From: Nanobdellota archaeon
Lineage (GTDB): Archaea; Nanobdellota; Nanobdellia; SCGC-AAA011-G17; JAFCDX01
NCBI GenBank assembly: GCA_040753775.1
Contig: JBFMDT010000001.1
Location: 58,584-122,583 of the forward strand
Length of the DNA stretch: 64,000 nucleotides
Reading direction: 5' to 3'
Of the stretch, positions 45,815 through 56,928 are shown in pieces. Position 1 is the stretch's first letter. Each line of letters begins with the position of its first letter. The notes beneath the pieces were generated by a model. That model made no database searches. It saw nothing but the letters and a program-made list of their open reading frames with translations, and was not told the DNA's origin. A program made the position numbers and the translations under genes.

Positions 45815-45914
45815 ATGCAAGAACATATTCGCTGATAGCATGGTTGATTAGGCATAAAAAGTTACTACTTTATAATAGAAATATTTATAAATTAATAGCT
45901 AATTAGCTTACATA

Positions 45915-46970
45915 ATGAAAAAAGCCTTAATTACGGGTATTACTGGCCAAGATGGAAGTTACCTTTCAGAATTCTTGCTAAGCAAAGGTTATGATGTATA
46001 TGGAACTGTTAGTTACTCCAGCAGCATAGACTTGAGGGATAGGGGGTTAGATTCAAGATTTGAATACTTAAGTGATAAAGTTAAATTAGTAACGGCTGAT
46101 TTAAGGGATGAAAGTTCTTTGGTAAGGGAGATAAATAAAATAGACCCAGATGAGGTGTATAATCTTGGTGCTTTATCCTTTGTATCAACATCCTTTAAAG
46201 ATCCAGAAAAAACATCAGACATAACAGGCATGGGTGTGCTGAGGATTTTAGAGGCAATAAGAAAGGTTAATCCTAAGATAAAGTTTTATCAAGCTTCTTC
46301 ATCAGAAATGTTTGGCGCTGCAAGGAAAACTCCACAAAATGAAAACACTCCTTTCCATCCAAAAAGTCCATATGGAACTGCAAAGGTGTTTGGCCACAAT
46401 ACTGTAGTAAATTACAGGGAAAGTTGCGGCATATTCGCATGTAGTGGAATTCTGTTTAATCACGAATCCCCGAGAAGAGGTAGCGAATTCGTAACTAAAA
46501 AGGTTGTTAATACAGCTGTAAAAATGCATCTTGGTCTAGAAAATAAATTAGTTTTGGGGCGTTTGGACCCTAAAAGAGATTGGGGGTATGCAAAGGACTA
46601 TGTTGAAGCAATGTGGTTAATGCTGCAACAAAAAGAGGCTGATGATTATGTAATAGCAACTGGCGAAACGCATACTGTAAGAGAATTTGTTGAAGCGGTA
46701 TTTAATTACTTGGGTAAAAAGATAGCGTGGAGTAAGGAAGATCGGTGTGGGAGGTCAAATGAGGGTGGTTACGATAGAAGTGGCTGTAAGTTAATAGAAG
46801 TTTCAGAAGGTCTTTTCAGACCAGCGGAGGTTTATGAGCTAAGAGGGGATGCTAGTAAAGCAAGAGAAAAGCTTGGTTGGCAGCCTAAAACAAATTTCCT
46901 AGATTTGATTAAGATCATGGTTGATGAAGAAAGAAAACTAGTTATTAAGAAACAAAATTTGTTGGTATAA
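45915..46970 (+). CDS. gmd: GDP-mannose 4,6-dehydratase
   Basis: SDR N-terminus (ITGITGQDGSYL) and Gmd-specific regions (YGTAKVFGHN...NHESPRRG). Confidence 0.9.
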   Translation: MKKALITGITGQDGSYLSEFLLSKGYDVYGTVSYSSSIDLRDRGLDSRFEYLSDKVKLVTADLRDESSLVREINKIDPDEVYNLGALSFVSTSFKDPEKTSDITGMGVLRILEAIRKVNPKIKFYQASSSEMFGAARKTPQNENTPFHPKSPYGTAKVFGHNTVVNYRESCGIFACSGILFNHESPRRGSEFVTKKVVNTAVKMHLGLENKLVLGRLDPKRDWGYAKDYVEAMWLMLQQKEADDYVIATGETHTVREFVEAVFNYLGKKIAWSKEDRCGRSNEGGYDRSGCKLIEVSEGLFRPAEVYELRGDASKAREKLGWQPKTNFLDLIKIMVDEERKLVIKKQNLLV

Positions 46971-47009
46971 ATTAACAATCTTTAAATACCCCTATTTTAT
47001 AAAATTCTT

Positions 47010-48539
47010 ATGGATAGTAGCAGCCTAAAAAAGGTAACTAAAGGCGCCTTTTATGTTTTTATAGGGTTGATAGTTTCTAAGTTACTAACTTATGTTTACA
47101 GGATTATAGTTGCTAGGATTGGGGCAACAGAATATGGATTACTTAACATAGGCTTGGCAGTAATTGGAGTAGTGTCTATATTTTGCTTGCTTGGCTTTGA
47201 AGAAGGCTTGCTGAGGTACATATCATATTATAAAGCACTAGATGATAAGAAAAGGGTTACTGGGCTTTATAAATCATCACTTAAAATTAGCTTGGCAATA
47301 AGCATCGTATTTGCAATTTTATTGTACTACTATTCAAATAGCATTGCTATATTTATTTTTCATAATCAAAATTTAATCAGTGTTTTAAAAATATTTTCAA
47401 TAGTTCTTCCATTCTTTGTTGTTTACAAACTAAATCTAGCTTCCATAAGAGCACTGCAGGACATAAAGGGATGGACTTATATAGGGAATATAGCTGAAAG
47501 TGCAATTAGGTTGATTTTGACTGTAGTTTTAATCTTGCTTGGACTAAAACTTTTTGGTGTTATAATAGCATATCTTTTAACAATAGTCTTTGTTTCTACA
47601 ATATCGTTTTACTATCTGACTAGGATTGTTAAATTTGTAAAAAACAAAGTTAGTACAAACCTTACGAAAGAACTGGTTAGATATTCCTGGCCTCTGATGT
47701 TTAGCAGTATACTAATAGCTATAATGGCGTGGACAGATACTTTAATACTTGGTTACTTCAAGACGGCTAGTGATGTCGGAGTCTATAATGCAGCACTGCC
47801 AACTTCAACCCTACTGTACATAATTCCTATGGCGCTATTAAGTTTGTTTATACCCCTGTTAACAGAGTTGCTAGCCCTAAATAAAAGGGCTGAATTCAGA
47901 AGCCTGTATGACACGACAAATAGATGGATATTCTTTGCTAACTTCCCTCTATTTGTACTGCTAGTGCTGTTTTCCAAGCAGATATTAGCAATTTTATTTG
48001 GACAGGCTTATATAAATGGTTATACTGCTTTAATAATACTGTCTGTAGGGTACGTAATTTATTTCGCATTTGAAACATCAAATAAAATATTAAACGTGTT
48101 AAATAAAACCAAACTTGTTTTGATTAATACTGCCATTGCTACAATGCTAAATGTTGTTCTAAACCTTATCCTTGTTCCTATTTTGGGCATAAATGGGGCG
48201 GCTATTGCTACTGCATCCAGTTTAGTATCAACAAACTTTTTAGCTTTTATAGAAGTAAGAAGATTTGCGAAGCTAAATCCGTTGCAAATTATTTATTTTA
48301 AATCTATAGCAGCATCAGTTGTGGCTGGGTTTGTAGTCTATTTAATAAAATCCCTTATAGATGCGCAATCTTTAATTGCAGTTATCTTGCTTGGGATTTT
48401 ATTCTTGTCAATATATCTAGCTGGAATAGCGCTGCTAAAGAGCTTTTTGCCAGAGGATATTGAGATAATAAAGATTTTACAAACAAAAACTGGTGTAAAG
48501 TTGAATGCAGTAAGTAATTTTATAAAAAGGTTTATATAA
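47010..48539 (+). CDS. polysaccharide/oligosaccharide flippase, MOP superfamily (Wzx-like)
   Basis: 12-14 TM helices, MATE/Wzx-like. Confidence 0.75.
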   Translation: MDSSSLKKVTKGAFYVFIGLIVSKLLTYVYRIIVARIGATEYGLLNIGLAVIGVVSIFCLLGFEEGLLRYISYYKALDDKKRVTGLYKSSLKISLAISIVFAILLYYYSNSIAIFIFHNQNLISVLKIFSIVLPFFVVYKLNLASIRALQDIKGWTYIGNIAESAIRLILTVVLILLGLKLFGVIIAYLLTIVFVSTISFYYLTRIVKFVKNKVSTNLTKELVRYSWPLMFSSILIAIMAWTDTLILGYFKTASDVGVYNAALPTSTLLYIIPMALLSLFIPLLTELLALNKRAEFRSLYDTTNRWIFFANFPLFVLLVLFSKQILAILFGQAYINGYTALIILSVGYVIYFAFETSNKILNVLNKTKLVLINTAIATMLNVVLNLILVPILGINGAAIATASSLVSTNFLAFIEVRRFAKLNPLQIIYFKSIAASVVAGFVVYLIKSLIDAQSLIAVILLGILFLSIYLAGIALLKSFLPEDIEIIKILQTKTGVKLNAVSNFIKRFI

Positions 48540-48542
48540 CTT

Positions 48543-49940
48543 TTGCTGCATTATATAAAAATGACTAAGGTTTTGCTTGTCCAACCAAACTTTAATGTAA
48601 ACGTAGAAAAGGCATATGATGCTTGTTTGCCTCTGCCCCTTATTTACATAGGAACTTTTTTAAATAAAAATGGCCATGAAGCAAAGATATTTGACAGAAG
48701 TTTGCATTCCGACAATAGAGACTTTATAAGAGCGCTGAAACAATTTAATCCTGATATTGTCTATACTAATGTTATAATGGGCAGATTGATATTTGATTGC
48801 ATTACATTTTCTAAAATAGCAAAATCACACAGCGATGCATTGGTTATCTGGGGAGGAATATTGCCGACCCTAAGACCAGCAATTCCTTTGAATAGCGGGT
48901 ACGTTGACTTTGTTATAAGAGGTGAAACAGAAGAAACTATGTTAGATATAGCAAACACCTTTAAAGCCAGGAAAACCAGAGAAACAATTTCTAAACTGCG
49001 CAATGTAAACTACAATCCATCTAGACCAAGAATGGACCTGGATTTGCTTGCTGAGCCTGACTATGAATTAGTTGATGTTAAAAAATATACGGACTTCGGT
49101 GTTATCACATCAAGAGGATGTCCTTATAGGTGTGCTTTTTGTTACATAGATGGCTACTGGAAGTCTCTGCATCTAGAAAAATGGCGCGGTATGTCTACAG
49201 ATAAAGCTATAAACATGATAAGAAACCTTGTTACTAAATACAACATAAGAGATATAGCAATTTATGATGACAATTTTCCAACAGATAAAAAGAGAGCTAT
49301 AGAAATAATGCATGGAATAAGCGATCTTGGTTTGAAAATTTTCATACTGGGCAGAACAAACTATTGCCAAGATGACATAATGCAAGCTTATAAAAAGGCT
49401 GGCGTGTGGACCATACAGATTGGTTTTGAATCTGGCTCACAAAGAATGCTCAATTTTATGAAAAAGGACGTAACAGTGCAGCAGATGAAATATGCAGTAA
49501 AGCAATGCAAAAAATACAAAATACTCTGCGAAGGAAGTTTTGTTATTGGCTTTCCAGAAGAAAATGTAGCAGACTTAAGTGAAACTGTAAAATTTATTAA
49601 GCAAAATACTCCAGATTACGCTGGAATTAAGCTATATCACCCATATCCAGAAACAGATTTTTATGACTACTGTATTAAAAATAGGCTTATAACAGAACCT
49701 AAAAGACTTGAAGACTGGGGTAATGTTAGTGTATTCAATTGGGCAAATATCAATGTAAGCAAAATTCCAACAGATGTTTTAATGAAGACAAAGGCAAACA
49801 TAGAAAGATTTTTGTTTATGAAATCATACAGCAGAAAGCTCTTTAGAATGCTACTATCAGGAAGAATTCCTAAGTTCAGCAAAATCTTAAATGCATCTAA
49901 ACATATCTTAAGTTTATGGACAAATAAGCCTATCCAATAA
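48543..49940 (+). CDS. B12-binding-domain radical SAM enzyme (paralog 1)
   Basis: N-terminal cobalamin-binding-like domain; CxxxCxxC (RGCPYRCAFC). Confidence 0.8.
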   Translation: MLHYIKMTKVLLVQPNFNVNVEKAYDACLPLPLIYIGTFLNKNGHEAKIFDRSLHSDNRDFIRALKQFNPDIVYTNVIMGRLIFDCITFSKIAKSHSDALVIWGGILPTLRPAIPLNSGYVDFVIRGETEETMLDIANTFKARKTRETISKLRNVNYNPSRPRMDLDLLAEPDYELVDVKKYTDFGVITSRGCPYRCAFCYIDGYWKSLHLEKWRGMSTDKAINMIRNLVTKYNIRDIAIYDDNFPTDKKRAIEIMHGISDLGLKIFILGRTNYCQDDIMQAYKKAGVWTIQIGFESGSQRMLNFMKKDVTVQQMKYAVKQCKKYKILCEGSFVIGFPEENVADLSETVKFIKQNTPDYAGIKLYHPYPETDFYDYCIKNRLITEPKRLEDWGNVSVFNWANINVSKIPTDVLMKTKANIERFLFMKSYSRKLFRMLLSGRIPKFSKILNASKHILSLWTNKPIQ

Positions 49941-50865
49941 CCTTGCTAAGAACATTTAAATATGATTTAGCTACTTCTTCCCATGTATAAGTTCTTATCT
50001 TCTTAACGTTTTTGGATAATTTACTTCTTAGACTTTTATTCTTGATTAATTCTGCTAGTGCTTTCCTAAAATCTCTTGTCAAATAAGCATCTTTCTTATG
50101 TGTTAAAATTTTTCTTATTCTTCCATCATAAGCTAAGATACATTTACCGCACCTTATGTATTCAAACATCTTTAATGCAGAATCCTGATTAGACGTAACA
50201 ACAACTATATCTGCTGCTTTAACATAACCGGGAACATCTTCTTGTTTCTTGAATCCTAAAAAATGTACGTTTTTAGAAGCAATTTTTTTAAATTCTGGAT
50301 TAGTCTGCCCTATTAGGTATAAATCACAATTAAGGCCGTCAACAGCTTTAATAATCCTATCGACTTTTTTGTATTCGGTTTGTTCTCCAACATAAAGAAC
50401 CTTTATTCTGCCTCTAAGCTTTACAGCTTTCTTATTGCTTCTGTCTGCACCATGAGGGATATAGGAAACCTTTTTACCTAGCTTCCTTGCTTCTTTTTCT
50501 AAATGTTTGCTAACTGTAGTTATGTAATCAGAATTTTTAATCGTAAAAACCTCTAAAAAATATATAAAGCCATAGCCATACTTTTTGCCCATGACCTCTG
50601 AATAAATATCATCCCATGCATGAACAACAGGGCATTTTATTAATTTAATTTTTCTAAGCAAGGCTGGTATAAAACCAATAACACCTGAGCTTATTACAAC
50701 CTCTGGATTAAATCTCAGGTAGCGAAAGTAGAATTTTAACCAATCTTTTTTTGTTATAAAATCAACCTTATTTCCTTGTTTTTCAAAAATATAACTCAAC
50801 CTAGATGGTCCTACAAAAACAATTGGTTTTCTTACTCTATCGTGTGTTATTACCTGTATCTTCAT
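49930..50865 (-). CDS. glycosyltransferase family 4
   Basis: GT-B C-terminal domain. Confidence 0.7.
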   Translation of the reverse strand: MKIQVITHDRVRKPIVFVGPSRLSYIFEKQGNKVDFITKKDWLKFYFRYLRFNPEVVISSGVIGFIPALLRKIKLIKCPVVHAWDDIYSEVMGKKYGYGFIYFLEVFTIKNSDYITTVSKHLEKEARKLGKKVSYIPHGADRSNKKAVKLRGRIKVLYVGEQTEYKKVDRIIKAVDGLNCDLYLIGQTNPEFKKIASKNVHFLGFKKQEDVPGYVKAADIVVVTSNQDSALKMFEYIRCGKCILAYDGRIRKILTHKKDAYLTRDFRKALAELIKNKSLRSKLSKNVKKIRTYTWEEVAKSYLNVLSKVIG

Positions 50866-51968
50866 TTCAAGTTTTTTAACAAGCTTAAATAATCTTTTGA
50901 CACCTTGCTAAAGCGGTATTGCTTTGCTTTCTCGTAACCACTTTTACCAATTTTACTAGCCAGTCTTTTATCTTTTAATATAATGTTTATCTTACTTGCT
51001 AGTGTTTGCACATCTCCCAAGTTATATAAGCAAAAGTTATCTGGAACTATAGCTGGCAACCCGCCTGTACTAGTCGCTATTACCGGCTTTTTTTGCGCCA
51101 TCGCCTCTATCATTACAGCCCCTAAACCCTCTTTAATGCTTGGCAATACAAATAAATTGCAGGCAACATAAGCTTCTAATCTTTCTTTGGTGTCTAAGTC
51201 TTTGTTTAACCAAACTATTTTATTTTCAACATTGAGCTTTTCAGCCAATGACTTCCATTGTTTTGTAACATCACTTTCTTTGCCTCCAAAAACAAACGTG
51301 GCATCAACATATTGTGCTGCCCTAATTAATTCGCCCAAGTTTTTCACTTGATGATGCCTACCTAGCCATAAGATCACATTCCCTTTTAATTTGTACTTCT
51401 CCCTAAAAGAACTTTTTATTTTTTTAAAGCATATGTCTTCTAGTGGAGCAGGGATAATTGCAATATTTTTAGTTCCTAAATTCTTCAACCATTTTGCTTC
51501 TAAACTAGTTTCGGCTAAACAATATGAATTTCTTATCAAAGGATTACCGATTGTTAAATCAATAAAGTTCATAAGAATGTTTACAAAAATGCCTTTTATA
51601 GAAGCTCTTTTGTAAGCAGGAAAGAACGGGGAAAGTAAAAACTTGGCTTTGCCTTTTGTGATAAATGCATAAAATACATGCGGGTGCCTATAGCCACCGC
51701 AACAGTGTATTACGTCATAGCCTCTTACATCAGGAAAAAATACCTTAGCAAAATAAAATAAATTCAAATAATTTTTATACCGCTTGATCTTTATTCCCTC
51801 TTTAGTTTCTTCCTTCACTTTAATTCTTTTGCCATCTGGATAAACATCGGAGCAAATAACAGTGACATCTTGCCCAGCATTTTTTAAAATCTTGACCATC
51901 TTGCCGGCATAGCCCTCATAAAATTCATTAACAGGCCAACAAAATGGGGTAACGATTGCAATTTTCAT
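50862..51968 (-). CDS. glycosyltransferase family 4
   Basis: GT-B fold; EGLGAVMIEAMA motif. Confidence 0.8.
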   Translation of the reverse strand: MKIAIVTPFCWPVNEFYEGYAGKMVKILKNAGQDVTVICSDVYPDGKRIKVKEETKEGIKIKRYKNYLNLFYFAKVFFPDVRGYDVIHCCGGYRHPHVFYAFITKGKAKFLLSPFFPAYKRASIKGIFVNILMNFIDLTIGNPLIRNSYCLAETSLEAKWLKNLGTKNIAIIPAPLEDICFKKIKSSFREKYKLKGNVILWLGRHHQVKNLGELIRAAQYVDATFVFGGKESDVTKQWKSLAEKLNVENKIVWLNKDLDTKERLEAYVACNLFVLPSIKEGLGAVMIEAMAQKKPVIATSTGGLPAIVPDNFCLYNLGDVQTLASKINIILKDKRLASKIGKSGYEKAKQYRFSKVSKDYLSLLKNLK

Positions 51969-52498
51969 TTCACTACCTTAAGCTCTACGTATAATTCGTT
52001 GCTTGGAATGATAAATGCAATATATCTTTCGTAAAATTTGGGAAAGATATTTATTATATAACTGAACAGGTTTAACAGTCTGTTCCAAGAAAAGTTGATC
52101 CTCCTTCTAACAATCTTAAACTCAACTCTGCTATCTATGCTTAACCAAGAATTTTTTACAAAATATTCAAACGTCCTATAAGCAAAAAAATGTTTATGTG
52201 TGGGGTCTTGAAATGCGTATGCACTGGCAAAATAAGGAACCTTTATAATAACTAATGCATTTGGCTTTGCTACTCTATAAATCTCCTCTATTGCTTTCAC
52301 TAAATCACTTAAATGTTCTAGGATGTGACTAGCATAAACTTTATCAAAGGTATTTGGCTTAAATGGCCATGGATATTTATCCAAATTATGTACAACTTCA
52401 ACGTGCTCTTTTTTAATTCTATCTAGATGAACAACCTCTTCATTGGATTTAGCTTTGTAGTAGTGCTTACCGCTTCCAATTTCTAGTACTTTGCTCAT
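51965..52498 (-). CDS. class I SAM-dependent methyltransferase
   Basis: Rossmann methyltransferase motifs (LEIGSG). Confidence 0.65.
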   Translation of the reverse strand: MSKVLEIGSGKHYYKAKSNEEVVHLDRIKKEHVEVVHNLDKYPWPFKPNTFDKVYASHILEHLSDLVKAIEEIYRVAKPNALVIIKVPYFASAYAFQDPTHKHFFAYRTFEYFVKNSWLSIDSRVEFKIVRRRINFSWNRLLNLFSYIINIFPKFYERYIAFIIPSNELYVELKVVK

Positions 52499-53310
52499 AG
52501 TTTTAGTGAATCTATTCTAGCTTTTAAAATTTCTCTTATATAAAACAGTGTTTTTGGTTTGGCTAAAACTTGATACCCAATAAATAATGGGAAATAGACA
52601 AAGAAATCTAAGATTGTAAATAGCAACCTGTTTTTAGTGTATTTTAAGCAGTAGAGCACCCTATTCCTGTTCATGTAGTAAACCTCGTGGCTTGATACTT
52701 TACTTTTTTGGATATCATGATAAACTACAGCTTTTGGCTCGTAAACAACCTTATAGCCCTTGTTTCTAATCCTCTTACACAGATCTACTTCTTCATAGTA
52801 CAAGTAATATTTTTTATCAAGCAACCCTACTCTGTCTAGAACATCCCTTTTCAGCAGTATCGCACAACCACTAACATAATCACAGCTGGATTTATTTACG
52901 TGCGTATTGAATATCCCTCCTATGATCTCCTTTGCTCCAGAAAACCAGACGTCTTTGCTATCCTTGTAGTAAATCTTTGCTCCTCCTGCCCCAACATCTT
53001 TAGATTTAACAGCGCTAACTAAATACTGCAGACAATTTTTATCAGCATAGGCATCATTATTCAACAAAAAAATGTATTTTCCCTTTGCCTTTCTTATTCC
53101 AATATTGTTTCCTTCAGCATAGCCATAATTTTTTTTGTTTCTTATTAATTTAAAGCCATACTCCTTAACTATTTTATCACTGTTATCACTGGAATCATTA
53201 TCCACAACAATAACCTCATAATCCTTAAAATTCAAATTTCTTACAGAATCTAGGCATTTCTTCAGCGTTCTTGCCCCATTGTAGTTTAAGATGATAATTG
53301 AAATTAGCAT
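52495..53310 (-). CDS. glycosyltransferase family 2
   Basis: GT2 N-terminus (ISIIILNYNG...VVDNDSSD). Confidence 0.85.
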   Translation of the reverse strand: MLISIIILNYNGARTLKKCLDSVRNLNFKDYEVIVVDNDSSDNSDKIVKEYGFKLIRNKKNYGYAEGNNIGIRKAKGKYIFLLNNDAYADKNCLQYLVSAVKSKDVGAGGAKIYYKDSKDVWFSGAKEIIGGIFNTHVNKSSCDYVSGCAILLKRDVLDRVGLLDKKYYLYYEEVDLCKRIRNKGYKVVYEPKAVVYHDIQKSKVSSHEVYYMNRNRVLYCLKYTKNRLLFTILDFFVYFPLFIGYQVLAKPKTLFYIREILKARIDSLKL

Positions 53311-53385
53311 AAAAATGAGTTAAAAATGCTATTTAAAAAGTTTATTAAGCATAAATCTCATTTATCCCAGAGAACGTCCTTTATT

Positions 53386-53874
53386 TTATTTAATTAGATT
53401 TCCCCATTCTCCTAAATCAGTTATCCATTCTTTCTGCGATCTTTCTTCCCAAGTTTTAAATGCTTGTTCATAACATTCTTCAAAAATTTGTTTTGTTACT
53501 TTATTTATTTTTATAAAATGTTCTATTAATTTATTCATATTTAAAAGTCCTTTTGAAACTTGAATTTCTGCAAATCCTATATGTTTAATCATATGACAAT
53601 CGTCACATAAGGCAGTAAATCCCTTTAATTTTTGGATATTATTTTTGTCATCATAATCCCATATTTCATGACAATCTAGTTTACTTGATGCCCCACAGAT
53701 TTGACATTTATTCTCTGCTTTTTTATAAGTCTCTTTTCTAATTTTATCCCATTCACTTTTTGAAATATTATTTCTTAGATTTGAATACCATGCTGTTGCC
53801 GGTACTAATTCTATCTCAAGTTCCATTTCTACCTCCAAATCTCTTTGTATCAGGCTTACTCTGCCAGCACTCAC
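53386..53874 (-). CDS. HNH-like zinc-finger nuclease-domain protein
   Basis: CQICG...CHEIW...LCDDCHMIKH pattern. Confidence 0.4.
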   Translation of the reverse strand: MSAGRVSLIQRDLEVEMELEIELVPATAWYSNLRNNISKSEWDKIRKETYKKAENKCQICGASSKLDCHEIWDYDDKNNIQKLKGFTALCDDCHMIKHIGFAEIQVSKGLLNMNKLIEHFIKINKVTKQIFEECYEQAFKTWEERSQKEWITDLGEWGNLIK

Positions 53875-54068
53875 AACAGCTTATCCTTATCAGAAGAAAA
53901 AAATCTTATCATCATCAACTTATGCAAAATAAACCTTGATCTATAATATTTTATTTGTCAAACTTGTTTATATACTTTTGTATCTTTGAACATATTAATC
54001 CATATCAATAATTCAAACTTTATTTAATAATTAGGCTCTGTTTAAAAGTAATTTATTCCAAAATCCCT

Positions 54069-54821
54069 TTACTTCCTCCCAACCACAGTCCAGCTATTAT
54101 TGTTTACGTGATAAATTTTAACATTCGTTAGCTCTTTCAACAAACTCTTAGCTTCCCTTTTAGTCCAGTAATTAGCAATTCTAGGTAATAACTGGTCAAA
54201 AACAATAGAATGTACATGCCTAAATCTAAAAATTTTAAGTTGTTTTAAATAAGGTGATTTTGGTTTAGCCAATTTCAAATAAATCCATAAAGAAATGCTA
54301 AACAAATATGCAATCTTATGCGTCAAAGAAATAGGCAGTCTGCTAGTTACCTTTCTTATAGGATTTACATACCTAACAATCCATTCATTTCCTTCATAAC
54401 CATAAACCCAAATCAATAAGGTCCCATTCTTCTTCAATGCCCTTACAAGATTTTCAATAGCCTTCTCAGGAAACTCCAAATGATGTATAACCCCAATGGA
54501 AAAAACAAAATCAAACTTATTCTTGTAATTAATGTCGTAAATGCTTTTGTATTCAACTTTTGCATTCTTGAATTCTTTTAAAGTTTTTCTAGCAGCTCTA
54601 ACAGTTCTTTTGTCGTAATCAAAGGCAACTAAACTCTTAGCCCCGTTTTTCAAGCAAAAATAGCTGTTCCTACCCATTCCGCATGCAGCATCTAAAATAC
54701 TTTTTCCCTTGATAAATCTCTTGTTAACAGGATAAACCCATTTCCAAAACTGTACTTCATACTCCTTGTACATTTCAGGATACTTGCTCCATTCATAACC
54801 AAACCTCTCAGTAGATGCCAT
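54069..54821 (-). CDS. class I SAM-dependent methyltransferase
   Basis: Motif I LDAACGMGRN. Confidence 0.8.
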   Translation of the reverse strand: MASTERFGYEWSKYPEMYKEYEVQFWKWVYPVNKRFIKGKSILDAACGMGRNSYFCLKNGAKSLVAFDYDKRTVRAARKTLKEFKNAKVEYKSIYDINYKNKFDFVFSIGVIHHLEFPEKAIENLVRALKKNGTLLIWVYGYEGNEWIVRYVNPIRKVTSRLPISLTHKIAYLFSISLWIYLKLAKPKSPYLKQLKIFRFRHVHSIVFDQLLPRIANYWTKREAKSLLKELTNVKIYHVNNNSWTVVGRK

Positions 54822-54891
54822 ATAAAACTATAAAATAACCAATATATAAATCATAGCAAATTATTTAAACTATTTATGCAGGCTAAGTATA

Positions 54892-56928
54892 ATGAAAGAG
54901 TCCTTTTTTCAGAAGTACAAAAAAGATGTTTTAAATTTTATAATACTCTTAGCGCTTATAATTTTTGTTTTATGGAATACCTTTAACAATGCCTTTATAG
55001 GCGGGACAAATGACCTTGAGCCCCATTCTTACTCCTTCTACTACTTAAAAGAATCTTTGGTAAACTATGGAAAAATCCCGCAATGGACATCAGATTACTT
55101 TGGTGGTAAGCCTTTTCTAGGATTGTACCAGCCTTTTACTTATTTCTTATTCCTTCCAGTATCCCTATTCTTTAATCCAGTCATCGTTCCTAAAATAGTC
55201 TTTTTCTTAATATTTTTATTGTCAGTATTATTCTTTTATCTCCTTGCAAAAAAACTCTTTAATAATTCAACAAAAGCACTTCTTGCATCAATAATTTTCA
55301 CAGTATTTCCAGCAAGGCTCTCGATGACAGCTTCAGGAGTATTGGCAGAATTAACAGCAATCATCTTTATCCCAATAGCCTTTTTGTTATATGAAAAAAT
55401 AAAAGAATCTCCAAAGCTAAGGTACTTTGCATTGCTTGCTTTAACTCAAGGCTTTGCTCTTTTAAGCCATCATGCAGCAGGGGGCTCTTTATTCTTTACT
55501 TTAATAGTTTTCATTGCTTATGACTATTTCCTTGAAAATAAGAACACAACAAAAGTAATTCCATATTTAGTAATAGGTATAATAATGTCCTTAGTCTTCC
55601 TGATTCCAGCATATCAGATCCAGGAAAGCCTAAATTTTGCAGTTACAGAAAAGGCAGGAACATCCTTTAGGCCATTGGACATAAAAAACTTCTTCACAAG
55701 AGAAAACTCCCATGGCGAGTTCATAGGAATAACAGCATTCATATTAATTCTTTCATCTCTTTCCTTGGCATTCAAAAAAAGAGACCAATTTACAAAATAT
55801 ATAATCATCTCATTCACTTTTCTGATTGTCGGCTTATATTTGCACTTTCTAATTCCAAGTTTTATTAAAGGAACTCTGCAGTTTGCAAGCAGATTTTATT
55901 CTGTATTAAGCATTACTCTTCCATTGCTTATCATTCTTGGAGTTGAAAATTTCTCTCTTTACCTGATAAAACTGTCAAAAGAGTATAATATATTAACTAT
56001 AAATGAAAAAACAAAAGACACAGCTAAGTATGTTTTAATTGCACTATTCCTCATTCTAATATTTTTTAGCTACATCCAATTCAAGCCTCAAAAAGGGAAT
56101 GAGCTAAGCATTCCAAATGGTGTCCTTGACTTTTACCAAAATATTTCAGCAAATCAAGATTATTATCGAGTAGAAGACCAAGTATTTGCCCCCTTCGGCT
56201 TTTCTCCAATTTTGCATAAGCATGGAATACTCAATGGTGCTCCCTCTCAAGAAGCCCCGAAATATCACTTTACTTTATGGGCAACAGCATGGCAGTTAAT
56301 GCAGTCAGAAAGTGGTGCACAAAACCTTGCAGGGCTTTATGGAGCTTTGTCTATCAAATATTTTGTAGCAGGTGGCCAGACAAATATTCCATACTTTACT
56401 GAATATAAATGCGGTTACAGATATTGCATTTATGAAAATCAAAAATTCCTTCCATACATAAGAACAGTTTCAAAAGTAATTAACATAAACCTAAAAGAAC
56501 CAGATTATGTCTTTGCATTCCTAGATAGCCTGACAAAATTTATAGTTCCGTTTGACAAAGTGGCATTTGCAAGGAATTTTGGTTTATCTGGTATCAACAC
56601 AATAGAGTTATCCCAACCAAAAGCAGCCCTAATGCTTGTTGAAAAATCCCCTGGCTATCTAAAAATAAAAATAGGTAACCTCAACAACCAAGAGTATCTC
56701 ATAGTGTCAGAATCTTACCACCCCTACTGGAAAGCCTATTTGAATAAAAAGGAAATACCGATTTACGAAGGAGTTCCATCAACGCTTGTAATACCAATAA
56801 ATGAAAATGGCAATTTGGAAATAAAATATACTCCTCCAAAAATTAAGTATATATTGTTCTGGCTTACAATGCTCATAATGCTTGCTTTAATAGCCATGGC
56901 AGCGTATGATTACAAAACTAAAAAATGA
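54892..56928 (+). CDS. large polytopic membrane protein (GT-C-like / YfhO-like glycosylation candidate)
   Basis: About 12 N-terminal TM helices, a soluble C-terminal domain and a final TM; no WWDYG AglB motif. Confidence 0.4.
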   Translation: MKESFFQKYKKDVLNFIILLALIIFVLWNTFNNAFIGGTNDLEPHSYSFYYLKESLVNYGKIPQWTSDYFGGKPFLGLYQPFTYFLFLPVSLFFNPVIVPKIVFFLIFLLSVLFFYLLAKKLFNNSTKALLASIIFTVFPARLSMTASGVLAELTAIIFIPIAFLLYEKIKESPKLRYFALLALTQGFALLSHHAAGGSLFFTLIVFIAYDYFLENKNTTKVIPYLVIGIIMSLVFLIPAYQIQESLNFAVTEKAGTSFRPLDIKNFFTRENSHGEFIGITAFILILSSLSLAFKKRDQFTKYIIISFTFLIVGLYLHFLIPSFIKGTLQFASRFYSVLSITLPLLIILGVENFSLYLIKLSKEYNILTINEKTKDTAKYVLIALFLILIFFSYIQFKPQKGNELSIPNGVLDFYQNISANQDYYRVEDQVFAPFGFSPILHKHGILNGAPSQEAPKYHFTLWATAWQLMQSESGAQNLAGLYGALSIKYFVAGGQTNIPYFTEYKCGYRYCIYENQKFLPYIRTVSKVININLKEPDYVFAFLDSLTKFIVPFDKVAFARNFGLSGINTIELSQPKAALMLVEKSPGYLKIKIGNLNNQEYLIVSESYHPYWKAYLNKKEIPIYEGVPSTLVIPINENGNLEIKYTPPKIKYILFWLTMLIMLALIAMAAYDYKTKK

